Source: Chiloscyllium plagiosum
Taxonomy: Eukaryota
Assembly (NCBI RefSeq): GCF_004010195.1
Contig: NC_057718.1
Coordinates: forward strand, 105,462,493-105,521,210
Direction: 5' to 3'
Length of the DNA: 58,718 nt
The position numbers and the translations under genes are program-made. A model generated the notes under the pieces. That model searched no databases. It had not been told where the DNA came from and saw nothing but the letters and a program-made list of their open reading frames with translations. Positions 24,880-37,684 of the stretch are shown in pieces; positions within the stretch are counted from its first letter, which is position 1, and every line of letters starts with the position of its first letter.

Positions 24880-26834
24880 ACTAACGAGTGGCAATCTTCC
24901 CAAACCAGAGAAAGTGTGGCTTGTCCTTGGGACACTCCTGAAAGTTGAGTCTGGTCACCTTTCGTGTTTGCTAAAGAGAAAAGATGTCGGCTGAAAAAAT
25001 AAAGTCTCTTTTCGTTGCTTTCACCAGATTCCAGGCGCCTATTAAAAAACTCACTTCCAAAAAAATTAAAGTATTCTGTAATATCACAAATAACTCCAAA
25101 ACATTAGATCTGACTTGGCAATTTAACCGGAAACTAGCATTTCGAAAAATAAATCCAGAAACTTACAAAATGGTTCGATTTCGGCCTTTTCTTGATGTTA
25201 ACTGAACATATCACTAATTTATCAGGAGTGGAAATCGTCAAGTGAATTTAAAAAGACCGGATTGATTTTTCTTAAATTAAGCTGTGGCCAACACGATCCA
25301 GTTAAAAAAGTAACAAATCGTACAATACTCAAGTTCTGGACGAAAGAAAAGTTTGAAATTACAGGACAACAAATTCAAACTCAAGAGCTCTACGGTGTAG
25401 GGTCACACAGTTAACCATAATATTTCACCGCCGAGGGACGGTCAGAATTCACCAACTCTCGTTTAAATTTAAGATTTTAAATTTAAAGATGTCTCAATGT
25501 CACGAGTGAGAGAAAGGCCCTACATTACAGCCAACACCACACTTGTTTGGAAGTGAATATTGTCCGGGATTGAAACCGGCGGATGGTTGGCGATTAAAAG
25601 AATCATTCATGTGAAGGATTCCGACTGTCGCCGCGTCCTGATGAACTAATGAGAACCACAAGCGCAGGGGTTTAATCGAGCTACAAACAGGGACTTCAAT
25701 TTTCCGTTTATCACGGACAAAATCTAATGTTTAAACATTACACCCGTTCCCAAAAAAGTTCTAAAGTCATTTCGTGCGTAAACTGGAACGGCTTTACAGT
25801 TTTTAAAAAAATCGGACACTAATGAAATTTTAGGCTCGTGATTAAATTGAGGTTGCAAGTTTGAAATTCATTAAAATGAATTTCAATCTTTAAGTTTTCA
25901 AACTGACTTCCTTGTACCCAGCCCCGGTTTAAAACGCGATCGTGAAATCTCCTGCAGTTTTTGTGCCTCAGGGAACGTGTTCCTTTTTTTAAAAAAAAAG
26001 ACTCGAAACTAAAATGATAAATATTTCTGTTCAAGTTTCATGAATTAAACTCGTTCCCATCGTCTGAAACTGGAGGCTGTCAAACAGGTGACCATTTCAC
26101 TTGGAAGAGATTTTTGTTTTTAAAAAAAAACCTTGAAGAATCTGTTAACCAAAGGGAAAGGCTACGAGCTTTTTGCAAAAAAAGCAGCCGCCAATTTAAA
26201 AAAAAACAATTAGATCGACCCTGAATATTCAATGTTGACATTTTAATAGAAGTCCTCTATCCGGTGACGATAACATCAGGGCACTTACTGGGGAAATTAA
26301 CCAGCAGCCAGGATAGCAGCGATTCTCAATCAACAGTTTCCTAAACTGAATTTTCACCTCCACGGGATCCAGATAAAACCGTGCTCTCATTTAAAAGGCG
26401 ATAGCTGTGTGCAAATTAAGTCAATTACAATTTAGATTAGACCTCGGGGGAGACAATTTAAAGAGGAACCTTATCAGCAAAATAAATGAACAAAAAAGAA
26501 CGAAAAACACGCCTCTCCAATTAGCCGCTAAAGTGGATTCAAGCTTCTCAATCGGCCCTGGGACGCTGCAGTTGTAATTTTCAGTGAGAAAATAAAACAA
26601 ATTCAACGATCCAAGTACTTTAGGAGGAGTCGGGTCAGCTACAAAATTGAATTAGTTAACAACACAAAACAAGAAAAGTTAACTACAGCCAGTTGTACTT
26701 TAGCCGCCCCAAGTTAGTTCACAGTCGGAAGTTCAATTTCAAACTAAGAAAAAAAACTCCTTGGCCTCACGTTAATTCGTTGAGACTTTTTTTTTTAAAA
26801 AACGTGAATGAATACGGCAAAGTCTCACACTCAC

Positions 26835-26900
26835 CTGAGGAGATTTTAGAGCAGGCCCGGAGACAGGAACTCAGTAAATGAAAGCAGGAGCCTGTCTATT
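26835..26900 (-). other. otx1: Predicted Otx1 5' UTR (non-coding) exon, 66 nt
   Basis: Minus strand reads tgttgttgcag|AATAGACAGG...CTCCTCAG|gtgagt, a good acceptor and a consensus donor. Mammalian OTX1 also has non-coding 5' exons. Confidence 0.55.
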
Positions 26901-27099
26901 CTGCAACAACATGACACAAGGTTAGCTTGGAGCGCGTGGGACTAAAATAAATTACCCATTCTCCCTGCCTTTTCCGCCCCCCCCAACAAAATAAACCCAG
27001 AAACGAAACAAACAGCAAAGTAAGAAACTTTGCTGCGAGGCAAAAGGCTAGAGAAGCGAAAGTTGCAGGTTGTTGAGAGTTTGTTTGTACCTGACTCAC

Positions 27100-27160
27100 T
27101 GCGCTCCAGCCGCTGCTGCCTTCTCTAAGTGAGCGCTGCTCTGGCGGAACTGCCCGACAA
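27100..27160 (-). other. otx1: Predicted Otx1 first (non-coding) exon; TSS approximate
   Basis: Donor GCGCA|GTGAGT (alternative TCAG|GTACAA 9 nt further on) lies just downstream of the promoter motif cluster. Confidence 0.4.
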
Positions 27161-27320
27161 TGATCCGCCCTTCACCAATCACCCAGCGACTTGGCCATGA
27201 TTGACAGCTCGTCTCCAGGTGACACCGGGGCACTACTTTCCCAGAGGAGGAATACACTTGCCCATCTTTTGGTAAAAGGCTCTTCTGGAAGTAATCAGTC
27301 ACAATCTGTCAGCTACAGTG
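27160..27320 (-). promoter_or_regulatory. Putative Otx1 proximal promoter
   Basis: GC box CCGCCC at 27165-27170, CCAAT at 27175-27179, PBX-PREP/MEIS decamer TGATTGACAG at 27198-27207, further CTGTCA near 27306. CpG-rich, no obvious TATA box. Confidence 0.55.
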
Positions 27321-30300
27321 AGCTAGTAAATTCTGTACAAACTGCAAAGTTATTCATTAAGAAACCCGAGCGGACACTAGTTAATTACTGCAGGTAATTA
27401 TTGCTGTGGACATTCAGACAATTCAACTAGCAGATTGTTGTGAGGCTAAACAATTCAGAGAACATTCATAAACTCGGTTTTCTGTCACCTCACATCAGTG
27501 TAACTGGCAGCGGTTCAGTGTCTGTTTCTCAGTCCCTGGTGAAATGTGGGCGAAATGTACAACAGACACTGCCTGCGAGAAACTAAACCGGACTGTCCAC
27601 ATTATTTTCGGTAGAGGTTCTCTGTGACAATAATGAAATAAAGGAAATGTATCCACCTCTATTGAGACATCAGCAACGGGCTGGATTCTCCCAATGTTCT
27701 GTGAAGGGGTCCGTTGAGAATATTTTAAACTGAGTTTAACGTAAACGAATGTTTTAACCAGGAGATCTCTCTTTCTCAAGTTTCGGGCTTTGCCAGCAAT
27801 AGCAATGGCCGGATTTTTAATATGCTTGGAATTTCAAGTTGTAGTTTTAAAATAATTACTCCTAAAAATGTCGAGTTTTTTGTGTTTGAAATTGTACGTT
27901 CTCATGAATATTGATGACGGCCTAATCCCCATTTAGTCTTACATTTCGGAATAGTCAGCGTAAACTTTAATGGGGCAGACTGCCTTTAATCGAAATTTCT
28001 AAAGAAAAAGTACGCCGACGCGGGAAATAAATGAATTAGAGGAGTACTGTCGGCTGCTGGTTATCAAAGAAACCACTTTACAAGCGTCACCTTTCTTTAG
28101 TGAACAAATAACACACAGTAACAGAATATCATGGAGAGGGGCACAGTGTTTCTTTAACTGTTTTTGAAAAGCTCGGTGAGTTCTTCTGAAGACCTTAATA
28201 AGGCTTTGGCCACTCTTTTGTTGTTCACAGAAAATCAACTCATTCTAATTGAAGCGGGAGCTGAAAGCGAGCTAATGTTCAAAGAAACCCACCGCCAGAC
28301 ACGAAATTACATTTTTTCCTTTACGGAGTAGCTCATCAAAGGCAGATTTTACAAGGACTTTCCCAATAGTTCACTAAAGTCATCGACACCAGCACCGTTC
28401 CTGACAAAAGAACCGGCGGTCAATTCAGTTCCAACTCACCAAATAATGCACTTTTCAAGAAGTTTTTTTTGTTTTGGTTTTTTTTTCCGCTTGTGTTTGA
28501 GAAGTGAAAACTTCAAGGAACATAATTTTACACTGAGGCAGGCAATTTCCATGATAATAATAAGATCTCGTTACCATGAGCAAGAAAGACGCAACCAACC
28601 GTTCGAAATAATTAGAAATTGTTCGGGATTAACATCAGTATTTGCTAAACGTAAAAATAAACTCATGCCTTCGGAAAAGATCACATGAACATTATTAATT
28701 CATTCTGTACACCGCCTGCACAGTTTCGGGCTGTTCCCCTATTGTTCTGTTAACTGAACTGATAACAGAACTATACTTTGTGTTTTACTATTTGGAATAA
28801 TCATGGTCTCAGCCAGGATTGTACTGCACTGTATCTAAACCTTGGGTTGTATTGCGCCGTTTGAATCATACTTAAAAGATATGCATTTTTAAAGTCCTGG
28901 TTTTTAACCAGCATTAAGGAAACAAAACATCCTCCTAATTTCGCTGCTGAAACACAATCGAGTTTTCTTCTAGAGCAATGCCAGGGATTTACCGATTGTT
29001 TTTCTTGTGTGAAGTCTCTGTTTAAGATGCGCTGATCAAGCCTGTGCTAAGTATTATGGTATCAAGTAGCAGTAACCTTTGTAATAAGAGTATTTGTCTA
29101 ATCCGAAATTGCAGGCGAATTTTCTTACAGCCGAGAATGAAACCTTAGTTTGGGGCAGGGGGGGAGAGAGAGGGAGAGATGTGTGTTGTTGCATCAAAGG
29201 TAAAAGTCAAAGATTGCGGAAGATCTGATACAGACAAAACTAAAAATGGGGGATAATGTGGCATTGGAGCGGCACGGCGGGCCGATTGTAACGGCCACAC
29301 TTGGTTTAACTTGTTTTACACAGGAATGGGAATCATATCTGGGATTGTGTAACTGTCTCTGTGGAAAAGGGGGGAATTGAAATCCCAGTGATCATCACCT
29401 ACAGTCGCATTTAAATCCTTCAAAGAGGCCAGATGTAAAATTCACAAGAGACTGCTTCAGTCTCGATCGCGACTAAATCCCTTCATCAACTCCTCATTCA
29501 CCAGGTGAAGCACGGGAAAGTTTTCAAACTGCAGTCCTCTGTTCTGTTTAGCCCTTTCAGAGAGTTTGGGAAAATTTGCTGCTTACTGTGGGCGGTCAGG
29601 AATAAACAGGTAAGAACAGAGAAGATGACGACTATTAACTGTAAATAATTTCAGGCGGTGTACGAATGAAATATAGGAATTTGGGGATGATTTAGGATTT
29701 TTCCAGTGCAACATTATGCTCACGATGCAATTGGAAGTTTGAATAATTAGCGCCAATTTTGTGGATGAAATGATGCCTGTGTTACGTATGGATGGCTGGT
29801 ATCGCAGCTTTTGTAGATTAAAATACTTATTTTGGTTCAGACAATTTGATATGAAACATGGACGTCGCTTTCGCTGCAGGTTTGTGTCTGATGTTAACCC
29901 CTGCCAATGAAACTTGTGCAGCTTGTTTGATTTGTGATAGTCCCTTAAAGTTTGCTTTTGCATGGATTAAGGTGGCAGGCTGGACCAAAGGGTACAGAGT
30001 GTGAGCTTTGGGCCAGAGCTGTCCTGGAAAACTAGACACAAACTAAAAATATCAGCAAATAAATGTGAAAGTCGTTAACAGCCGCAGGTTCTGGATGCGG
30101 CGGCTCGGATGAGCTGATGCTGATCGTAACAGAAAGTCTTCATTCATTAAATTCGGACTAAAAGTTCTGGTCCTAAACAGAAGGTGTCTGTTAAATTATT
30201 TCTGCCTTCTCGTAATCTCCGTCCCAAGAAATTACTGGTCTCCCCTTTAATCAAAATTTTAAAAAGATACTGTCCTCACGAATCTCCGGAGGGGTGTTAA

Positions 30301-31339
30301 TGTGTGACATGGTCTCGGAATGCGCGAGAAATAATCAGTGATGGGGTTCACATTAAAGAGATTTTAAAAGATTTGCGTCTCGAGTTGAAAACATTATTCT
30401 ACAATGTTACAAAGTTTATGGGCGGCAGGCGCTTTAAGGTTACTGCAATCACTTCACAGGAAAATCATTTCAAAGTTACACCTTTACAGAAAACCCCAAA
30501 TGTTTGGTGCCGATGAAACTCGGGAGTAACAGTGTAATCATTCGGAGTTAGCTCCGAACAGCTGCAACCTCTAGCTGATGTGATTGGTGTAGGATAAGGA
30601 ATGTATCCTATCAGATTGTTTTAGGAAAAAATCTCAAACAGAAAAGTCCTTTCAGCATTTCTGTGACAGCACTAAACAACCTCAAGATTCACACTTTAAA
30701 ACTTAGCTTGATGCTTGGTCCATTTCCTGGTTGACAGCTGCAGGGTTTGAGAATGAAAGACATCGAGTTCATTTAGAGACGATTATAATGTGGGAACATC
30801 AGCCACTGATCAAGCTGTCCAGGTCAGCTTCGAATATTTATTAGCTCATTACAAACAAAAACACAGAATCTGTTTAATTGCTTTAATGATGTCGATATCA
30901 GTGCAATATTAACAAACTGCAGCAACAGGCGCCGAGTGGACAGATATTAAAACATTAGAAAGAGTAGAGTCAGTCGTTGCAGATGGTCTGGCTGTTAGTT
31001 CACTTGCACATGAGGAAACTGCAGGACTTGGGGGAGAAATCCAGTCAGGTCCCACTGGAAAACGAACGTCAGGGTTTTGGGTGGGATTTCGAACAAAGAT
31101 TTGTATTTTAGATTTTGAGTTTGTGACCCCCCCCCCAGGCCAAGTTTCTGAACTAATGGGGGTCACTGTCGGGAGGACTTCTCGGTAAAACGGCTGTGTA
31201 CTCCTTGCCCACGGGAGATGCTTCATTGGCATCTTTTCAGACTCTAGCATTGCTCTGTGCCTGGTTCAGACTGGACATACAGCTTTTATCGACTAGAATG
31301 GAAGTGCTGATGTGGAATCGTTAATATTTAGACTGGTTT

Positions 31340-32547
31340 AGTTTAAATGAAGGAACACTTTTATTTCTGCATTAAATAGTTTCGATTGAAAGAGAATTAT
31401 GTCCCAGTACAAATCACTTTGCCGTAGCTGTTCATGTTGAAAACAAATTGTGTAAATAACTCCGTGTAGAAGGCGCAAGTCTGTATCAACACCAAAAAGG
31501 TAAAACAACAACAAATTCTGTCCATATGAAATGCTTCAAAGTTCACTTTTTATTCAAGATTCAGAGATGGTCCTGGAATAAATAAACAGAAATATTTCTT
31601 CCTTCAAGCAGCAGCTTCGTCTGACGGCGGGTTGGTGCAGAGAAAATTACTGAAAATGATTCCGATCTTCTAAAGAACTGCTTTTGCTTTCGGAAGACAA
31701 ACAACAAGCATTTTCGAGCCAAACAAAAACGTTTTAGCAAAATTCCTGAAGCTCAAACAAGCAACTCGCGCTGTCCAGAGTCATAAATACAATGTAGAAA
31801 ACATCAGAGAATGAACCGACTGCACGAACCGGTGCGAGGTTATCAGCCCTTTTCTGAGTTTAAACTAAATCTAACTTCAGATAATATCATTTACAACATA
31901 GCTGCCCTGTAAAAGCCAACTATTTATATTTAAAAAAAACGGACTTTTTAGCTCCAATGGAACTTTGAAATATTTAATGGAAATAAACCTAGATATTGAA
32001 AATGCAGCGACTAGCAAGCTCAAACATTCCGAACTTGTTTCTTGAAGAGGTTTAACCTTTTCTCAACTGATAGTGATTTTGGAAAAGCCGCTCAACCCCT
32101 TCCCCCGCCCGGGTTACAGTCTCTAAAAACTGATCCAATGTCCATTTCAGGCAGATCAGTCCCATCAACAGAAAGTCGAGTCAGTGTTAATAGGAAACAA
32201 TTAGGAACAGTCCTGCTACATTCGCAACGATTTGGTGATTTTTCTCATCCTCCTTTAAGAGAGAATGCTTCCCGAATGTAACTGATAAAATATTAAATGT
32301 CACTGTTACAAATAAACAATTACACGCGCCTTTCTTTTTTACAAAATACAATTTCATAAAAACGACATAATAATGCAGCCATATACACGGACTCGCGGCC
32401 TTGGGACGATTAAATGCTCTGAACAGAAAAGATTACAACAGTTTACGATCTACATAGAACATGATATCATTCAAATCCATCAAAGAATTTATTAAAATGA
32501 GAGTGAAGGTGTGTTCTAAATGATGGGAGGTCTCCCGTGTATCTCTC
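31340..32547 (-). other. ehbp1: EHBP1 3' UTR with candidate AATAAA signals near 31554-31549 and 31365-31360
   Basis: Repeat-free sequence after the stop codon with TTTATT motifs on the plus strand; the 3' end is inferred. Confidence 0.5.
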
Positions 32548-32638
32548 TCACTGAAGAAGACACTTATCTTCTTTCTTAACAATTTTCCCTTTATTTTGTT
32601 CGAGCGTTCGTTCCAAATGTTCATCTTCTTCCTCCGCC
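32548..32638 (-). CDS. ehbp1: EHBP1 last coding exon (AEEEDEHLERTLEQNKGKIVKKEDKCLLQ*), CaaX terminus
   Basis: Acceptor gttccag|, TGA at 32550-32548; closely resembles the human EHBP1 end (...EHLERTLEQNKGKMAKKEEKCVLQ). Confidence 0.95.
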
Positions 32639-32841
32639 CTGGAACACACAGACAGGCTTTATCAGGAACTCACAGTCTTATACTTTACAATTAATCAACA
32701 CAACGTTCAAAAACTATAACTAGATTGGACAGGATTAGATACTGAGCACCGTTCAATCAGGAAAGTTTGAAGATAGCGTGCAGGTGAAAGAACTGGTTTT
32801 CATCCTGACAAAGTAACTTTTCTTTTCAGTTAGTAACTTAC

Positions 32842-32956
32842 TGTTTTTCCTGTGCATCTAAATCTCGGACAAGTGCGTCCCGTTTGTTGACCAGAATAAC
32901 TAGCTCATCCAGCAAGAGCTGCTCACGTCTTTTTTGAGCTTCTGTTTTCTGCCAGT
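32842..32956 (-). CDS. ehbp1: EHBP1 penultimate exon (DWQKTEAQKRREQLLLDELVILVNKRDALVRDLDAQEKQ)
   Basis: Acceptor gttttcag| and donor |gtaagt; 115 nt; EHBP1 bMERB sequence. Confidence 0.94.
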
Positions 32957-33370
32957 CTGAAAACACAATAGAAATCAGTTACTCTTCATGTTTGTTAGTC
33001 CTCCTTCCAGTTAAAATTCAACGTGACCCCAGATCCCAACCTGATCTCACATCCCAACCTGGTTGTGAAGTTGACCACGTTAGCGGGCCACCATGTGAAA
33101 ATTAAAGATGCCAACACCACCAAAAATACAGATACTGACAGACTATCGCTGGAAACTGGAGCCGGGTCCTTTCAGATTTAGTTGTTTATTTGGCGTCATC
33201 CTCATTTTTAAACCCCCATCCTTTTTACCCAAACCCCGGCTCCAGGTTTGAAGGGAGCAGGGTACAGTGACTGGCATGTAGACTTTATTCCGGGCACTCC
33301 CCACCAACGAATTTCAGCTGCTTGTGATTTTTTTTCAGTTCAGGTGGGGGAGGGGAAGATGAGGTAGAGA

Positions 33371-33468
33371 GAGGTGAGGGGTAAGGAGAGTGAGGTGAGG
33401 GTAGGGAGAGTGAGGTGAGGGGTAAGGACAGTGAGGTGAGGGGTAGGGAGAGTGAGGTGAGGGGTAAG
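33371..33468. repeat. Purine-rich minisatellite, about 21-bp unit GAGGTGAGGGGTAAGGAGAGT, about 5 copies
   Basis: Read directly. Confidence 0.85.
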
Positions 33469-34255
33469 AAGGGTGGATGAGGGAGGAAGGGAGAACGAGG
33501 AGAGGGGAGGAGTACACTCATGGGATGCACTATTGAGGCCAATCCACAGATTACACCTCTGCTACCCCTTCAAAATTGTCAATCCCACGAAAGCAGCTTC
33601 CCAAAGAGGGTCAGGGCTGAAGAGGTAATCGCACGTGGATTTCAGGAACTCTTCACAAACGTTTGGGTCAACACAGACACTTTATTGGAATCGGCTAAAA
33701 CTCAGCAGCGACCTCACGGGCGAGGGGGAGCTTCTGAATAAAATTCGGAAGAACTATAGATACTGTATTTCAGAAACGAACAAAAACAGAAGTTGTTGGA
33801 AAAGCTCAGCAGATCTGGCAGCATCTGTGGAGAGAAATCAGAGGTAACGTTTCATGTCCGGGTGAACATCCTGAGGACCCTCCAGCAACTTCTGTTTTTG
33901 TTTGTGTTTCTGGGAAGGTTCTGAAAGTGGAGTCGAGTCAAGGAGCCGCTGAGACTCGAGTTAATAAAGAGAATGCGGCTACAGGTCCTGCTTCCAGAGG
34001 ATTCCGATGGTCACTGATGTAACTGACCTTTCTCTCAACAACGCAAGGGATACATCTCCCAAAGGCAGAGTGAGATATACAGAAAGATATGCAGAGTGAG
34101 AGAGGGGGAGAGGGAGAGGGAGGGGGAAAGGGAGGGAGGGAGAGAAGGAGAGCACAGGCCGGCGGGGGGGGGAACTCTCAGCAGGGCCTCAGCAAGACTG
34201 CAGGAGAGGGGCCCCTCCTCATTAAAATACCTGGCTCCCCAACCTCCGGTACAGA

Positions 34256-34920
34256 NNNNNNNNNNNNNNNNNNNNNNNNNNNNNNNNNNNNNNNNNNNNN
34301 NNNNNNNNNNNNNNNNNNNNNNNNNNNNNNNNNNNNNNNNNNNNNNNNNNNNNNNNNNNNNNNNNNNNNNNNNNNNNNNNNNNNNNNNNNNNNNNNNNNN
34401 NNNNNNNNNNNNNNNNNNNNNNNNNNNNNNNNNNNNNNNNNNNNNNNNNNNNNNNNNNNNNNNNNNNNNNNNNNNNNNNNNNNNNNNNNNNNNNNNNNNN
34501 NNNNNNNNNNNNNNNNNNNNNNNNNNNNNNNNNNNNNNNNNNNNNNNNNNNNNNNNNNNNNNNNNNNNNNNNNNNNNNNNNNNNNNNNNNNNNNNNNNNN
34601 NNNNNNNNNNNNNNNNNNNNNNNNNNNNNNNNNNNNNNNNNNNNNNNNNNNNNNNNNNNNNNNNNNNNNNNNNNNNNNNNNNNNNNNNNNNNNNNNNNNN
34701 NNNNNNNNNNNNNNNNNNNNNNNNNNNNNNNNNNNNNNNNNNNNNNNNNNNNNNNNNNNNNNNNNNNNNNNNNNNNNNNNNNNNNNNNNNNNNNNNNNNN
34801 NNNNNNNNNNNNNNNNNNNNNNNNNNNNNNNNNNNNNNNNNNNNNNNNNNNNNNNNNNNNNNNNNNNNNNNNNNNNNNNNNNNNNNNNNNNNNNNNNNNN
34901 NNNNNNNNNNNNNNNNNNNN
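34256..34920. other. Assembly gap flanked by GA-rich low-complexity DNA
   Basis: Run of N. Confidence 0.99.
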
Positions 34921-35717
34921 AGAGGAGGGAGAGGGAGAGGAGGGAAAGGGAGAGGAAGAGGGAGCGGGAGCTGAGAGAGAGGGATATTTGGGAGAGGGAG
35001 CTGAGAGAGGAATAGGCTGTAAAAGAGGGAGGGAAGGAGGAAGGGATACTGGCGGAAGAGAGTGCTTGGAGCTGTCACTCAGCGGCAGGGACCGCCCATC
35101 TTATTAGGAAAGTAAACACTGGGGGTGGTGGGGGAGACAGGGAACCTGCAGACCAGCTTCACATGGAAAGCCACAAAAGTAACGAAACAAACCCCCTCTC
35201 GACTTCCCAAACAGAGTGTGCAATCTCTTCGCATTTAGTCCTCAGCAGTGCCCTAGGCTCTGAGTTAAACTCACACGGCTGCTGCATTCAGATAAATCCA
35301 ACAATCCCCATCACCGTTACCATGTCAATCCTCAGAGGCAACACAAGAATGCGCCATTACAAACAACAGCAAGCTCCCCCAGCACAGGCAGAATACACAG
35401 GAGACAACAACCCCGCTCAGCAGCTCTCTGCATGCTGGGCTGTCCTGCGGGACTAATGCTTTTGACTGGATTTACAAGTTCAGAATTTAGATACATCTGC
35501 CCACAAAGGTGGCAGTCGAGTCACTCCGAGCTTGGAGCCAGGCAGCATTCTGACCAGATCGACTCACTTGAAAATACTCAACACTTGAACGTGGCTAAAT
35601 GAAAGATTGTCTCATGCACGGATAATCTAAGGCCCAAATGAAGAAAGGGGAGACAGAGATTCAATCCCATCTTGGGGGTGGGGAGGGAACATTCAGTTCA
35701 GAAATACATCTGCAATG

Positions 35718-35816
35718 TTCTTGTGGCACAGCGGTAGTGCCGTTCCTGTGAACTAGGAGGCCTGGAATTAAATCCTACTTGCTCCATAGGTCTGTATCTC
35801 TGAACAGGTTGATTAG
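35718..35816 (+). mobile_element. Short tRNA-like SINE (relatives at about 45545-45650, 45690-45780, 54205-54310 and, inverted, 45375-45445)
   Basis: Shared pattern gtggc.cag..gtagtgtccct..ct.tga.c.aggaggc...ttcaa.tcc.ac.tgctcca...gttgat. Confidence 0.55.
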
Positions 35817-36049
35817 AGTTTCTTTTTCAAATATATCAGGCGGGTATCAGCAAGGGACTCATTCACTATTGCCCTGAGGTAAGGAAACCTATCACTCTGA
35901 CCAAAAATGCATGGTCTCTGGGAAACAACTCGAAACCCATTTCGGTTCAGAGAGATCACCAATAAACGTTGGCGTTATCATTGGTACCTGCATCCAGTGA
36001 AATAATAGTTAATAAACTTTAACTCGCTGTTGAACCGTTGTTTTCTTCC

Positions 36050-36465
36050 GATCAAAGGTCGGACAGATTCGGCCTGTACCCACTCAGAAGAAAAAGAGGT
36101 GACTTCATAGAAACATACAAGATCCTGAGAGATCTTGACAGGGGGATATGGAGAAGCTGTGAGAATCTAGAAATAGGGGTTGCAGTTTTAAAACCAAGGT
36201 TCGAACATTTAAAACAAAGTTGAGGTGATTTTTTTTTTCTCTCAAAAGTGCCTTGAAGCGTGGGAAGACTAATCCTGAAGGTGGTGGAAACGCTGAAGTC
36301 CCTGAATATGTTTAAGGCAGAGGTGGACAGGGTCTTGTTAAGCAAAAGGGGAAAAGGATATCAGGGATAGGCGGAAATGTCGATTTGAGGTGACAATTAG
36401 ATCAGCCACGATTTAACTGAATGACAGAGCAGTTTGTGAGTGTGAATGACCTGTTCTTGCTGCTT
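36050..36465 (+). mobile_element. CR1 3' fragment
   Basis: DRFGLYPLRRKRGDFIETYKILRDLDR plus a CR1 3' UTR. Confidence 0.8.
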
Positions 36466-37157
36466 GGACATCTTTTTGTACGAAAATCTGGAGATGTCGA
36501 TATTAGGAGGCAAGACAGTAAGGGATAGGTTACTGCCAGCTGTAATCAAATCTATTCCTGGGAATTTCAATACCTTGTAGCTCCCATCCTCACCCCGCAT
36601 TGGTCAGCCAACTCCACAATCCCCGTGATGCACTGCCTTCCGACACTGACGGGAAAGTAATAAAAAAGACTAATTTCCCCAATTGTCTGATGCACGGTTG
36701 TCAGCCAAAGAGTTTTGTTCATCCCGTCATTTTTATATCTTGGAAAGTGAAATGTTCAAGGAACACACGACGAAGATAACAGCTTGTATTAATGCTGAGA
36801 TTTTTCTCCAGGGTTGTACTGAGCAGTGACCTGGAGATTGATCTTTAATTCCAGGACATATGGTAACAAGAGGAGAGTGACTGGCATCAAGAAGGATGTA
36901 GAGAATGCCGAGTGGGAAAACACTCAGACTAACCGGAAAAGGTTAATTCAAAGATAACAAGTTAGCTCAAAGAATTAAATCGTTTGTGTAAATTATAACT
37001 TTTTGGATCAGGTGTTTGATACATACGGCAAAAAGGGCTTCTAATAATTAATTAGTACAGAAGTAGAAAGTTATAGCCATGAGTGCCCTGAGAGTTTTGA
37101 GGATAACTACTGTGTGAAACATGGAATAATGCCACAAAAGAAGAGAATAAAGATGAA

Positions 37158-37684
37158 CAGAGTTATAGAGTCATAGAGATGTACAGCATGGAAACAGACC
37201 CTTCGGTCCAACCTGTCCATGCCGACCAGATATCCCAACCCAATATAGTCCCACCTGCCAGCACCTGGTCCATATCCCTCCAAACCCTTCCTATTCATAT
37301 ACCCATCCAAGTGCCTTTTAAATGTTGTAATTGTACCAGCTTCCACCACTTCCTGACAGCCCATTCCACACACATACCACCACCCTCTGCATGAAAAAGT
37401 TGCCCCTTAGATCTCTTTTATATCTTTCCCCTCTCACCCTAAACTTGTGCTCTCTAGTTCTAGACTCCCCTACCCCAGGAAATAGACTTTGTCTATTTAC
37501 CCTATCCATGCCCCTCATGATTTTATAAACCTCTATAAGGTCACACCTCAGCCTCCAACACTCCAGAGAAAACAGCCCCAGCCTATTCAGTCTCTCCCTG
37601 TAGTTCAAATCCTCCAACCCTTGCAACACCCTTGTAAATCTTTTCTGAACCCTTTCAAGTTTCACAATATCCTTCCGATAGGAA
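37158..37684 (-). mobile_element. CR1/HER1-type LINE 3' fragment
   Basis: ORF 37318..37746: YRKDIVKLERVQKRFTR...LIEVYKIMRG; highly similar to 4919-5420. Confidence 0.92.

Noticed and set aside
34035..35078. ORFs of about 300 aa
   Set aside because: Artefacts of translating through the N gap and low-complexity flanks.
35497..35518. CTCF-like motif (cccacaaaggtggcag), also about 51662
   Set aside because: Only the 3' half matches the consensus; not supportable without PWM scoring.
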